A DNA stretch of 53,482 bases from Girardia tigrina (GCA_001938485.1 MQRK01248130.1:1-53482), one strand, 5' to 3'. Counted from the stretch's first letter, positions 9,853-24,163 are shown. Program-made: numbers and translations. The notes: a model not told the origin generated them from the sequence alone.

Positions 9853-12640
9853 TAAATTATAATAATTACTATTTAAAAATTAAAACAAAAGCTTTCAAAG
9901 ACGAAAATTGAGCTCACCTGTCATATATGATGGTTCTTTTCTAGTAAAGCAATAGTTGAACTAATGATGGAAAGATTGTGAACGAACGCAGAAGATTAAG
10001 TCTTCGACCGGATCATATGGTAACAGACGGAATACGCATTGCAACCGAAAATAAATAAATTTATTGAAGCGCAAATAATAACAGTTCGATTAATTCTAAC
10101 ATGAGATCAAACGGTTTGTAATTCGATCAATCGGATTATTCAACAAAAACAGATTAATTCACTATTTCGAGAGTATCATAGCCATAATGATCCACAAAAA
10201 TATTTGTCCTCACACTCAAAATCCTTAAACATTGTTCTCTTTATTACTATATTAGTTATTATTATTATTACAATATTAAATATTATTCAAATAATTAGAA
10301 AATGCTATAATTAGGGTATGCTATTTTTGAACACATTAAGACGACAAACTTATTGAGTGAGTTTAGATGACTCAAATTTCATCTTAACTCAAATCACTGC
10401 TTACCTGTACAAGCAGATTTAAATTTTTAATTTTTTATGACCTGGCGATAACGGTTACACCATTGAAATTAAATGTATGCAACGATATAAATATTATTAT
10501 ACTCATTATTATTTTATACTAAATTGTTAATTATTTCTTTTGGGAAGAAAGATTTTAAAAACAACAACTTACGAAATAGATCAATTCTAGCCGTAATTCT
10601 TAACCATGATAATCAAATTACATTAGTCTTAACAACATTTATAAAATAAAATCCGTGCTGCTTATGGAAATTTAAATTGTCTCACTTGATGTACTCATTT
10701 GGGGCATTTTAAGTTTGTTCCTATTATCATGAGACTCATCTTGTCTTATTGCAACACCGAATGTCATACGAAAATACCCTAATGCTTTGGGGACTCGTTT
10801 TGGGAAATTTCAAGATTAAATAACATTTATGTTAATTAATCATTTAAAACAAGTTTCAAACAGTCTATCCGGACACTCGCGATTTGGGACGACTGGTAAA
10901 TATTATATTATGAATTAATATGAACAAGTATTTCCCTTTCCCGAGATGGACATGATCGATGGATATACAATGATCGAACTGGAAAGAGTTTTCTATTCAA
11001 CTCAAACAAGATAAACGAAATTAGGATCAATAATGAGATAACAAAGTTTTCTGCTTTATTATAATTTATTTTTGGTAGAATAGAAAGATATGAATTAATA
11101 AAATTGTTTATTATTTTACAATCTATAAAAAAATTTTTTAAAAATCAATTAAAAAAAGAAAATTAATAACCAAAAAAAGATATTTATCTATTATCTGATT
11201 TATAGATAAATGCCAATATTTATATTTTATTAAATGATCATTTAATTTTTTTATATTTCATTAATAAATTTGATTTTTATTATAATTTATTTACAAATTT
11301 ATTATTTTTTATCATAATTTTTTATTAGTAGAAATAATATATTTTTTCAATATATTATTAAATATATTTTTAGAAAATATTAAATTCAATTAAAACACTA
11401 TATTTCATTTGATCTCCAAGTTACCCCGAAGACCAGATGGTGGTAGTAGAGACATGGGGCCCAGTAACTTTGTGATGTGCCCATGTTAAATTATTCAGAT
11501 CAATCATTATTTTTATTTGGCTAAATCTCAAGATCATAAAGACTTTTTGTATCGTCAGTAATCGAAATATTATTCAAATTTCAGTCAAAAATCAAAAAAA
11601 AACAAATCGATTTCAAACAAATTCAAATTCGATCAACAAATAAATGTGAAACAATAATTTCTTTAAAAAAATTTCACAATAAATTGTTTTAACAATTCAA
11701 AAAATGCGTCTCAAAACAATTCGGCAATCGTACAATAAATCGTCTCAATTCGTCAATTAAAATTCGAAATAAATATTCGTTAACAGAAAGAATAATTTTC
11801 TATTAATCGCATTGTAAGTAGCGTTTATGCCACTTTCATTATTATCACATTCTAAAGCCATAATTTAACACTACCAAAAATTTATTAATATAACAATTCA
11901 CATTTCTAAAACAAATTTTCCTGTTAATTNNNNNNNNNNNNNNNNNNNNNNNNNNNNNNNNNNNNNNNNNNNNNNNNNNNNNNNNNNNNNNNNNNNNNNN
12001 NNNNNNNNNNNNNNNNNNNNNNNNNNNNNNNNNNNNNNNNNNNNNNNNNNNNNNNNNNNTATAATTTTTAATTTTTAAAAATATTTAATAGCAAATTAAC
12101 ATAAAAATATTTAACCCTTTAAATTAAAAAAAATAATAAACTATTCAGGCGAGATAAAAATTTAAAATTAACCCCTCAAACGCATAAACCGTGAGAGATC
12201 ATAAAAAAAGAGATTAAAAAAAGTGATTTTTAAAATCACTCGATTACATATGATTGGTCGACCAATCAAAATGAGCCATTTTGATTCTTTTTCTTTTCCA
12301 GTAAAACAGGTACACACCAATGCGATACACCCAATAATTTACCTGATGAACACATGACCTTTGACTCGGCCATTGCTTTACAAAGGTATCTTTGTTCGAG
12401 TAAACAATTTTACAAAATTTAAATTCAAATAATATTCTTTTAATTATTTTTTTTACATACATAACATTGTTTATCTTATGCCTATTCATAAAAAGCAGCG
12501 AGATCAGCGAGATCAGTCATTGTTATTCGAAATAAAACCATTTACAGTTTTAAATGATAAATTTGAAAGATCCGATTGATTTTGGGCAAAAATGAGATGG
12601 TATGTTACGAAGTATAAATAAAAATAATGAATATAATAAA

Positions 12641-12691
12641 AATTTATTGTGATTAATTTCGACGGATCAACCGTCATCATCAGACTGAATT
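12641..12691 (-). ncRNA. Minimal type I hammerhead ribozyme (copy C, left repeat)
   Basis: Minus strand CTGATGA-T-GACGG/ttgat/CCGTC-GAAA-TTAA-T-C. Confidence 0.85.
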
Positions 12692-12754
12692 AACAATGAT
12701 ATACTCGCGTTTATATATCAAATATATATAATATCAAATATATCAAATACCGCT

Positions 12755-13468
12755 TTGTATAATGTAAGTGATGTTGATTGTTTTCATTTATGTTTTGCTA
12801 TTTCTGAAAGTATTAGTAAAAAAGCATGTAATGATAAAATTGTGACACAAAATAAAAAGTTAAATAATTTACGGAAAATTTTTGGTGTATTTAAATTTGA
12901 TTTACAAAATACAATTTTAAATTTAAGTGATAGTTCATNATCAAATGAAGAAATATCTATATTAAAATTTGGTCCTAAGCATAGTATTAGAATGCGATTT
13001 AATGAATTTCAATTTAAATCAAAGGTAGAAAATATGTTTAGATATTATCACGCAAATGCTGATTTAGTTAATAATCTAAATTTTGAAAATTTAAAAATTG
13101 TATCTAGATCATGTAAGATTGGAAGTTTGTTTAGTAGTAAATCTATCACTCCAACTGGGTTATGTTCCAATTTAGTTTATCAATATAAATGTAATGGGTG
13201 AGACGCCGCATACATCGGAGAGACTTGTCGTCATCTCTGTAAACGGATTCAGGAACATAATCGCAGGGAAAGTGATAGCAATATTGCTCAACATAAGAAT
13301 AACTGTTTGAATAGTAAAGTTGACGTAAGTAATTTTAAGATTTTGTGTTCACAATTTGATAATTACTGGGAGAGGGTGATGTGTGAAGCATTGTTGATTA
13401 AATCTTTTGATCCTAAAATCAATGTCCAAACACCATCCTCTTCAACTTTATTGAAAGTATTTTCATGA
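12755..13468 (+). pseudogene. PLE N-terminal region fused in frame to a GIY-YIG endonuclease; one internal TGA at 13199-13201
   Basis: ILNLSDSSxSNEEISILKFGPKHS (PLE N-terminus), then KIGSLFSSK..PTGLCSNLVYQYKCNG*DAAYIGETCRHLCKRIQEH...NIAQH...CEALLIKSFDPKINVQ; no RT motifs. Confidence 0.9.
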
Positions 13469-13521
13469 TTTAAATGACATAAACATATGTTTTGATATAT
13501 AAACGCGAGTATATCATTGTT

Positions 13522-13572
13522 AATTCAGTCTGATGAAGACGGTTGATCCGTCGAAATTAATCACAATAAATT
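13522..13572 (+). ncRNA. Minimal type I hammerhead ribozyme (copy C, right repeat)
   Basis: CTGATGA(13530)-A-GACGG/ttgat/CCGTC-GAAA-TTAA-T-C(13562); stem I is short. Confidence 0.85.
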
Positions 13573-14817
13573 CTAATGATCGTTTTTTGTTTTTTAAAAA
13601 TAGTATATCATCATTTTTTAAATATTTATAATAAAAATTTAATTAAAAATTCTGTTAAATCCACTTTATTAATAATAATAATAATTTAAATTAAATGTTT
13701 TATTGTCAATTTTCAACATTTAATTTGAATTTTTGAGAAAAAGATAAATATTGTTATAAATATTAATTTATTTTATTATTGTAAACATAAAATAAAATAA
13801 ACAATTAACAAAAAACTATTTAATAGATCATTAAATTTTTAATTAATAGAAATAAGAATAAAAATATAAAATCAAATGAAAAATTATTTTTATTTCTCAT
13901 AATCTGATTGTAAATTGAATGGACAACCGAAGATCGGATAAAAAATGGAATAAATGGGAATAATCAGCCGGACTAATGGGCGATACCATTGCGGTTTGAT
14001 TGCAAATTGCAAAATTTTCCTCAAAAAATCAAGCTTCCCAAATGATCTATACGGAGATTTATTCATCAGATCTTAAAATTTAATTATTTTTTGGATCAAT
14101 TTGTCACAATCGGATTTACATCGGCCTGGCAAATATCTTCTCGGAGTCCCCCACTTACTTTATGTCATTCCAGAGAACAGGATATGCTGGATAGACCAGT
14201 TGGCCCCTCTCGACAAACTAATTGAATACAGCGATTCAATTTGGGACCCAAAACAAGATAAACACCAATTTTCGTAATAAGTACATATCAATAATTACTT
14301 GAAAAATAAATAAAAAATACATAGACCCAAATGAATAGAACGAGTTAATAGAACAAATCATAAATAATTTATTAGCAGAGGAAGTTAGAAAAAACAATAG
14401 AAAAAATTATTTTCAAATGAGCACTTAACCTAAAATTTCGAAACAAAACAGAAGAAAAAACTGATAGGTTGGTAAAAGTTACAAATTATTTATTTAAATA
14501 ATTTAAAAAAATTGAAATTAATATTATATTATTATTATTTTTTCAAAATATTTTTTTAAATTATAAAATTAATCTTTGTTGTGAAACGTTTTAAATGAAT
14601 AATGAATAAATTGATCTAAGATGATCACTAATTTATTTTCATGCTTTAAATAATCGAATTAAAATCGACGAGTTCATTTGAAAATTAAACTGGATAAAAA
14701 AGTAATAAATTATATGAAGTGATTATTCGAAGGTAAATTTATTCATTAATATATATATATATATATANNNNNNNNNNNNNNNNNNNNNNNNNNNNNNNNN
14801 NNNNNNNNNNNNNNNNN

Positions 14818-15596
14818 ACCGCCACTTGTTTTCGAGGCGGTATGACATACCGGCACTTATTTGATTTTAAGGCAGTATCATTTTTATAGGGAATACCGGC
14901 TCATACCGGCACTTGTTTTTTCTAAGGAAAAGCATTTATTATTGGAAAAATAAAGCATTTACAATTGGAAAGCATTTATTAAGGAATGAATTATATGGCT
15001 ACGCTTCCATCTCACCTCAACTGCTGTATATACACAAACCTCACACACGAGTGTGTGCGCTGTAGATAGAGCATAATCGTTGTCTGAGCCCCAAGTACAC
15101 TATCATTGGTTGAAGGTGTCAACCAGTAGTCCTGTATAAAAGAAGCGTACTGTCAGTCATTCTCATTTTGTCTGTTAGACTGCGCCGACTATACTTGCTG
15201 CATCGGGGTAGTGGAAAGGATGCAGACGTTGGTGTCGATTGCATTTACAAAATATGTCAGCTCTAGACAGTTTATTGTTGACTGGAAACTTAGTGAGATC
15301 TGTAGTTACTATAGTTACCATTACACACGCTGGTGAATATCTTTATTGTGTAGACAATAAGATTTAAACGGAGAATGGTTTTTGGTTTCCTTCAGGGTTC
15401 GTTAATGTGTGGGGGTTGTATACAATTTTGGGTGAGCGGAAATGAAAAGAAACCACAGTTTTTTTAATATATTAAAAAATCGGGGAGGGGGCGTGGGAGT
15501 TGACGTCAGGGTGTTGGCGTTGGGCAGCGGAGGAGCAAAATCACTGTATGGCCGGTTTCCGCATACCGGCACTTATTTTTTCCCACTTGAGCACTG
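14818..15596. mobile_element. Non-autonomous DNA transposon, left end lost in a gap
   Basis: Repeated subterminal motif ataccggcactt near both ends; right terminus ...cccacttgagcactg followed by TA. Confidence 0.6.
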
Positions 15597-16659
15597 TATA
15601 TAATTATTTACGAAAAGTTGTTTCAGTCTTTGTATGGTGTTTCATGAGTTCATGTATCATTTTCTTGCTCATTATCTATGCATAATATGTGAATAATAAG
15701 ATTAAGTTTGTTCATGTATTAATGTGTTTTATTTCTTACTCCTTGTCAATGACTAATATGAACATGTGTTAAACATGACTACTTTTTTATCAAGTCAATT
15801 GATAGAACATAATCCGTTCGAAATAAATGAGTATTATGCTGGTGGAAATTTATCTTGGGGTTGGAAGGATGACTATCAATAATTTCAGGATATATTATTT
15901 TGCAAATGTATCGAATGAATTCGCCTTTTCCTTCAACAGTAATGTGTCATCAAAATAAACAATGAATTCATTAATCAAGAGTTTTTGACATGTTAGGTCC
16001 ATCGATGTTGACAAACGTCCTGGTCAATTCTGAAAGGTAATTGCAAAAGATGTTTAAAATATTAATCATTTAATGTTTATTCAATACTCGCCATTAGAGA
16101 ACAGTAAATCCTAATAAATTCATTAGATCTCTACATCCCATCAAGACAAAAATTTTGATTTCAATAAGTTTTCTGCATATATAATTTGTCCAATATTTTA
16201 CTAAACCTTAAATTATGAGAGGTATTGTTGGACCATTACTTTTTTGTTGGCCAACTCTCTAAAAATAAATCTCATCATTGCCAATTCCAACTGGAATCGG
16301 TCACTTATCATACTTGTTGATACACAATGCATCTCTTTCATCAAGCATTTGGGGACACTCTCATTTCCAAATTCTTTCGACTCCAAAGATCTCTATGTCC
16401 TACATCACAGGATTACTTCCAATTTGATATTTTCAAGAATTTGTTTTCAGAAGAATTGATCTGATTAATTAATTACAAATCCTATAGAATTTAGAATTAG
16501 TGGTATGCTGTGTGATGTTTCCTAAAACGTTCGCGGACAAAACGGTTATAGCCGTCTACGAACTTATGCTGACGTTTTCGTGTGTCCGCGAACGTGTTAA
16601 ATATGAGCAAGTGTATAATTTATGTATAAAGCTAAAAGAACAGTATTTTCTTCATCTTT

Positions 16660-17236
16660 TACTGTTGTTGTCAATCAAATCGGACAATTAAATATATAAC
16701 TTAATGTATTTATTTATTTGCGTCAAGAATCAACCAATCAAATCAGCCGAATCAAACGATTCAAAATCTAAGATTACATTTAGGCAATATTAAAAAGCCA
16801 TTTTCGGAAAGGATAAATTTTATTTTTCCTGTCGTTTTGGTAACATTATGATTAAATGCCTCAAGAAATTTTATAATATGAAAATTTTATTAAAAATTTA
16901 TTTACAATAGACACATAATCTTAAATGTCCAATTATATATTTAAATGTCCAAATGTGTATGTGTGTTTTAGCACTTGATTGCATGTATGTTTGTATGTAT
17001 CCATGTATGTTTGTGTGTAATTATGTATGTTTGGGGTTGGAAAACGTTGTTGCATACAACTTCTATAATAAATTATACATCTTAATTGTCAGATTGTATG
17101 CTTAATTGTCCGAATTCGGCTAAATAGGCATGTACTATATGCGATTTGATTGGTTGATTATTGACGCAAATAAATAAATACATTAAGTTATATATTTAAT
17201 TGTCCAATTTGATACAGTTAATTGACAACAACAGTA
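16660..17236. mobile_element. MITE or foldback element with long inverted repeats
   Basis: 16674-16744 versus 17143-17213 (71 bp, 2 mismatches), plus outer 16-bp arms tactgttgttgtcaat. Confidence 0.75.
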
Positions 17237-18575
17237 TCATTTTATCAGCTTTCTTTGTTGAATACAGTAACAGTAGGATACAGATTATTAGGATCACTTG
17301 TGAAAGTACATGTTTTTGAGGACAATTATGATACATGTTGCTTGATGACTCATTATTTTGACGCAATAGCCCTTTTAATATGGCATACATTTTCTTCTGT
17401 CAACATGTTATATGAGTGACATGTTTCTGATTGTATCTGTCTTCGGTCATTCTCTACCGTGCTGTACTTTGGAAGTACTGTTTTGTATAATTTATTATTA
17501 TTTATCCACTTCAATGTTCAAATTAACACTATGTACTATATAATATAATATATAATGTAATGCAACATTAGGGATAAACAAATTAAAATTTGTTTTTCGA
17601 AATTCTGACTTCATAAGAAAATCTGTTTACTCGAGCAAACAAAACTGGATTGAGTTTCGTGGCCCTTTTATTTCAAACATAAAACAGTCTCCATTTTTTA
17701 TTCCAATTTCTTTCAAAATTTATAAGTTAAATTTAATTAGCAAAACGAAATGATCTTCAGGTAGTACTATGTAAACTTATTTTACAACTTTGACATAGGC
17801 TTCACTACATCCTTCTTTCATTAAGAAGAGAACCAATGTAAGTGAATACTATTATGAGATTGTATTCGGATTGCAGATGTTTACCAGTAATTGTTCTTTA
17901 TTTTTTAATTATATACAAAAAAATAAAAAAACCAAAAAAGACTGAAAGAATTTAACTGTCTGATAAAAATAATGCAACCAAAGACTGTCAAATGAAAAAA
18001 ATGTTGCTATGGTAATATTTTTCAAGAAAGAAATTCTTCTTTTACCTGTTTTAGTATTAACTCAAAATATTTTTTTATATTAAAAAAAAGATAATTATAA
18101 ACAATATTATTTGCAAATTTTTACCAAATAAATTTTCATGAAATACAAAAAAAATTATTAATTTCCCTCCCTGACGTTTCAGAAAATTCAGTCGGACTCG
18201 AAAAATTTTAATTAATTTTTTAATAATTTTCTCCTACAAAAATAAAATTAAAAGATGAGCAATGCTGGTCTTGGCATCCTTCAAGTATGGAGGTAGTCAA
18301 AAGACTTGTATGAAAAATCAGCAACCTGTGTGTATAAATGAGTGTATGCATGTGTGTAAAATGATCGGTAATAGAATATTCTCTTTAGAAAGTGAATTGA
18401 TTAATGTAATCTGGCGGATGTCCTTTGAACAACGTCATTATAAATTTTTAAATAGAATTAAAACTGCTTATTTAACTGATTTGTGTCTTTATTAAATGTA
18501 CATTTTCTCACATAATTTTATGCATATTTTTTTAAGAAAACAGAATTTTTATATTAAAGTTTTTGGACAATAATA

Positions 18576-19847
18576 TTAGGTTGGAAACTATGAAACGGGC
18601 GTTGAATGAAAATAAAAAAAAGAAAAGCGTTAATTTTCACATTATTTATTTTATTCAATTGAAATAATTCCCATTGGCATCTACTACTTTTTGCAAACAA
18701 TTGGGCAAATCATATATGCCTTTTTGAAAAAAATCCTTATTTTTTGAGTTAATAAACAATTCAAAGTCTTTTACAATATCATTTTGGTTCTTGTATTTTT
18801 TTTCTCTTAAAAATAATTCATAATTACGAAAAAGGTAGTAATCGGTAGGTGAAAAATCAGGTGAAAATGGAGGATGTAGTAAAATTTCATATTGTAGAGA
18901 ATTTAATTTGTCAACAGTAATCGAAGCTTTATGGGGTCTTGCGTTATCGTTCAATAAAATGAGACCGTGCCGATTGAGCAATACTGGTTGTTTTTTTTAA
19001 GTTTCTCATGCATCACATCAATTTCACGACAATAAGACATCGCTGTTATAGTTTCTCCTGGTTGTAGAAAGGAATAATGGATCACTCCTTGGGCATTCCA
19101 CCATATGGTGACCATAATTTTTTTTTGATGAAATTTCGGTTTCGGGGTGTGTCCTGGGAGTGTATTCTTACCTTCCCATTGGCTTTATCATTTTCGATTG
19201 TCATAAAAAATCCACTTTTCATCACAAGTGATGATTTGGTGTAAAAATGGCAACCGAGTATTGAGAAGTAACAAAGATGCTGCTTTTGCGGTCGATCATC
19301 TGCAGTTCCGTCAATTCATGTGGCACATATGAATCCATTTTTTATACTTTATTTATTGCACACAAATGTTTTAACACAGCTGTATGACTAGTTCCTAGTT
19401 TTGACCCAAGTTTTCGAATAGTTGTGTGTGGATCGGATTCCACAGTTGTCCTTAATTCCTCATAATCAATATTGGTTGGTGGTCTACCTCCAGGCTTATT
19501 AACGATACTCAAATTCGCAGAACGAAATTTTTGGAACCAATATCGAACATTTTTTTCATTGGTTGATCCATCTCCGAATGCCTGATTAATATTTCTTGAA
19601 GCTTGAGCTGCTGTACGATTTAATTTAAATTCGTACAAAAAGAGTAGATGCAAATTGCATTTTGTTTCCATCTGGTTTAGGATAAAAATAAAATAAAATG
19701 GGATACCAACACAAAACAACTTTACAAAATTACCTTTAAGCTTTACCTTTACCTTTAAGCTTTATAAATAAAAATATTGAATTATTGAAATATCACAGAT
19801 GAACACAGACTAAACAAAAAACGCCCGTTTCATTGTTTCCAACCTAA
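18576..19847 (-). mobile_element. mariner (DD34D) transposon with a disrupted transposase (ATG 19671 to stop 18655)
   Basis: 28-bp TIRs ttaggttggaaac(t/a)atgaaacgggcgtt, TA TSD; ITCDEKWIFYDN, LLNDNARPH, HPPFSPDFSPTDYYLF. Confidence 0.95.
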
Positions 19848-20612
19848 TATATTGCAAGTTTCAATGTTGGAGAATGATGTGACGGCCATCGGATCGAGTT
19901 GTGACTGCCGACACCTCTTATTTGTGCGGAGGTTCATCGGCGGGNNNNNNNNNNNNNNNNNNNNNNNNNNNNNNNNNNNNNNNNNNNNNNNNNNNNNNNN
20001 NNNNNNNNNNNNNNNNNNNNNNNNNNNNNNNNNNNNNNNNNNNNNNNNNNNNNNNNNNNNNNNNNNNNNNNNNNNNNNNNNNNNNNNNNNNNNNNNNNNN
20101 NNNNNNNNNNNNNNNNNNNNNNNNNNNNNNNNNNNNNNNNNNNNNNNNNNNNNNNNNNNNNNNNNNNNNNNNNNNNNNNNNNNNNNNNNNNNNNNNGGTC
20201 CCGCCAATGGTACAAATTTTGGAAGCCATGTGTTTTCCATCCTCAATTTTATATCCAACAAATCGAGACAAGAAGACAAACGAATAACGACATTTAAGTT
20301 TTATTTTTTCATTCAAAAAGTTCACACAAATTTTTAATTGTGTTGATTTAATAAAACAACAGTTAAGGTTCAATGATAGTTTTTTAAATCTTTTTTATTT
20401 CTGTCTTTTCTCGAGCACTATAGAGAACATAATCAAAATTTATTTTTAAAAAATGGTTATTCATGTTTGTTCCTATGGAACGTAATGGACCTATAAGCTC
20501 TGAGAAACGTACAATTATGAGATATGCATATATGCAAATATTTGTAATTTTTTAATTTTAATTTCAACTTAGATTTTATTTAAAAAACTACTATTAAAAA
20601 TACTTGAATGAA

Positions 20613-20650
<38 letters not shown>

Positions 20651-23600
20651 CTTGTAATAAAGTAATATTATATAACATTTTACAGTCTATGAATTAATAT
20701 CAGAATATGAGAGATGAAGTTAATCCTAACGTACACTTTGTATGAAGATCTCTATCTTGATTGACGAGTCAAAAACGACAATGTCTATCCTTAATAATTT
20801 GATCAAATAAATTTAATCTTGGGTTTACCATAAAGATTTATTGTTTTTTTTTCATTTTCATACAAAAAAATTATTTGTTGAATGTATCGAATTGTCTCCA
20901 TCCTCTTTTAATAAAATTACTTTTTTAAACAAATGAAAGAAAATTCATTCAAAATATGACCAATTTTATGATCTTGTTTTTCAGAGTTATTCTTTTATAT
21001 TTGACCTGTTGAATGAATATGTGATCTTTCTAAACAAATTAAATTTTGTCAATGAAATTTCAGAGGGATGCAAAAACTAATAAGTCATAACACCTTCCTG
21101 TTTCCATCAGGTGCCGCTCTATGAATATTTTATTTCGGCATTAATGAGCCCGTTCATCTGATTTCAGAGAAGTTCTGTTGCGTTCATTGTCACTCGCACC
21201 AAAAAATCGCCGAAATCATATAAACCAGAAACTATTCATAATCTTATCACCAAGAAATTAAAGAAATTCAAATTACTAAAAAAACCAATTATAACATTAA
21301 TTAAATAAAAACAAATAAAAATTCAGTTTGTTTAAAAAAAACAACACAATAAACGCAAATTCAAATAAAGAAATCCGTTATCACAACCAACGATAAAAGA
21401 AACTGTGTAGTGACAATTTGTAAGGCTCATCATAACGAAATCAAGAGTGAATCGATTTCTCTTTCTAAGATCTAAAGAGTGGTTTATCTTTCTGTAACGA
21501 GTTGAGGAGCAACCCATCCTCTCTCATACGATCTAACAATCGACTCATTTTTCTGAGAACAAAGTTATCTCTCTTCATCAATTCAAAAATTATTATTAAT
21601 GCGGACTCTGTTGCGGAAGATCATCGCGACGATTGCTGGTGCCTGTAATGTGATATTAAATAAATATTTTTATTTCTATTTTTCATGTCAATGTGTTCTA
21701 TTACGTTTCGAGGACGGATTGATCCGGTCATCCATAAACAGGCACCCTTTCTGGTCGGGAAATCATAACGTGGTGACACAGATCAAAGTTAATATTTTCT
21801 TATTTATTTCAAATGTCTCAGGCCACATCTCTCATCATAGGTTTGTTTAGGGTTTTGATTTTTGAAGAAAATGCACTTTTGTCCCAATTGAAAATTTGAT
21901 TTAAAAACCATTTTTGATTCTATTTTTGAAGCAACAGTTGAAAAATCCTTTTTTGATATTCCATTCCTCTTTCTGACAATTGATGTTATTAAGAACACCA
22001 ACATGGCTTTTCAAACTTTTATTTTCATTACAATCAGAATTGTCTTTTGGACAACTCTCAGCAAAACTCTCGTCATTCGACATCGTTCTAAATTGATAAT
22101 TNNNNNNNNNNNNNNNNNNNNNNNNNNNNNNNNNNNNNNNNNNNNNNNNNNNNNNNNNNNNNNNNNNNNNNNNNNNNNNNNNNNNNNNNNNNNNNNNNNN
22201 NNNNNNNNNNNNNNNNNNNNNNNNNNNNNNNNNNNNNNNNNNNNNNNNNNNNNNNNNNNNNNNNNNNNNNNNNNNNNNNNNNNNNNNNNTAAAATATCAA
22301 TTTTCCATCTGGGTGGGAGAAACACATTTCCAAATACTAAACTCAACATACAAAATTCAACAAACCAATTTCAACATACCAAATTTAAAATATTCCTCAC
22401 AGATGTGACACCCAGTTTCCTAATATCGCTTTGGTGGTAGAAATTAAAAAATACATAGTTGGGTGGTGTTAAATGTAATAACCAATTTTGATTGTATGAT
22501 CTTTGTTCAGTAATGCTTCTTATTTGTTATCTTCAAATTTTCTCGAGGGTTTCCGTATTCGCCGTCTTCCATATATTTTAAAACGGTTGAAACCCGTATT
22601 TTGAAGATGTAATCAATAATGCATCATCAGTATAAAATTTGACAAGCAAACACTATGTTTCTGTCATGAATATTTTTTCAATAAAAAATAAGAAAAACTT
22701 CTTTCATAAAATTTTACTTTGTAGAATGAAAATCTGTATCTTTCTGAAGAGTTAGTCACAACTTCTCTCATTGATTTCCGATTCCCAACTGAAACCAAAA
22801 AGCTAATGCCTGCTGCTTTGGAGAACTCAGCAACTCATGATCCACCTAAACGTCCATAAGTAGAAATATCAGCTTTCCAGAATCAGAGGGGACTTGAGCA
22901 GTTTTGTACAACTTACGTTTTGATACTCTTTCGCCATTTACAATTATCTACATCGTTTCTGTCAAAAGAGCCATCTGAATGACAAGATAATGGGACTTAC
23001 AAAACTTCGTTAAATAATGTAAAAGGGTTGGCTCTCTTGAATTACAGAGCTGAGAGGGGAGTTCTCACTCAAGACTTATCACTTATCAAGACTTCAATAA
23101 GAAATTTAAAAAGAATGAAGATCAGCTGTAGTATCTGATGCAAGTTGTTAGTGAGCACCGTCGGCTTTTTCCAGTCGTACAAAATCTGTCATGAAGGCTA
23201 CATTGTCTTAACCGTCACAATAAATTTGGACTGGTATTGGTTAATGTAGTGTCCTTAAATCAACAAAAAAAATAAAAAAGTTTTTTTGACACCTTTTGGT
23301 TCTAAACAAATAAATGATAAAAAATTAAAAATATTAAATGTTAAAAATATTAATCAATAATAAATATTGATTATCAATGACAAATTAAATTAACATTTTT
23401 GCGATTACGAATATTTAATGCAAATTGGCCTGTGATAACTTACTTGCTGTTAATTCGTCAGAATTACCTGATTTGAAGGAAACAATGTCTATTTCTCCAG
23501 CTATCCATCAAAATTTCGTCGTAACTTATTCACTTCAGGATGCAACAATCCAGATTATAAGAAATTTCCATTGATATCTAGTGAAGAGTAAACATTGAGT

Positions 23601-24096
23601 AAAAAAAACTGTGAGTAAACATTGTTTATTTCCACTATCCGGCACTATCTTGTTGTCGTGAATGTGTTCAATCTTCTTTTTCATCTTTCTGTTGTTTGTT
23701 AAAAATAAAATACTTTGAAACAATTAATTTTTTTATTTGTTGGTTAAAGGGTAATTCTAACAGAAGAACCATTACTCCGTTAGAATTACTTTTAGTGTCA
23801 ACTTTAGCTAATGTTGATGTGCCGTATGTATACTTGTAGAGTGCCAAATGGTGATCGATAGTTTATTGTTGCAAATAAACAAGTATACTGCTGTGGGTTC
23901 AGAACAATATTTATATAAGCGCTAATAAAACAGTTTTTTAAAGCCATCTCTTAAAAATTTGACCTGAGGGGAAAACATGTAAATATAATTTTATTTAAAA
24001 AATGTCATAAAATTTTCTTATCAATAATGGAAAAAAATCGAAGGATGAGAAGGCAAAAATTCATATTATTAATTTTTTTACTAAAATTCATATCAT

Positions 24097-24163
<67 letters not shown>

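Larger units (their letters stand above)
12641..13572 (+). mobile_element. PLE copy C: RT-less Penelope-like derivative bounded by 82-bp inverted repeats
   Basis: 12641-12722 and 13491-13572 are reverse complements with 1 mismatch; internal N-terminal/endonuclease frame; no TSD. Confidence 0.92.

Noticed and set aside
12641-13572. DNA transposon or MITE with TIRs
   Set aside because: No TSD or DDE transposase; the repeats are hammerhead-bearing PLE 3' ends.
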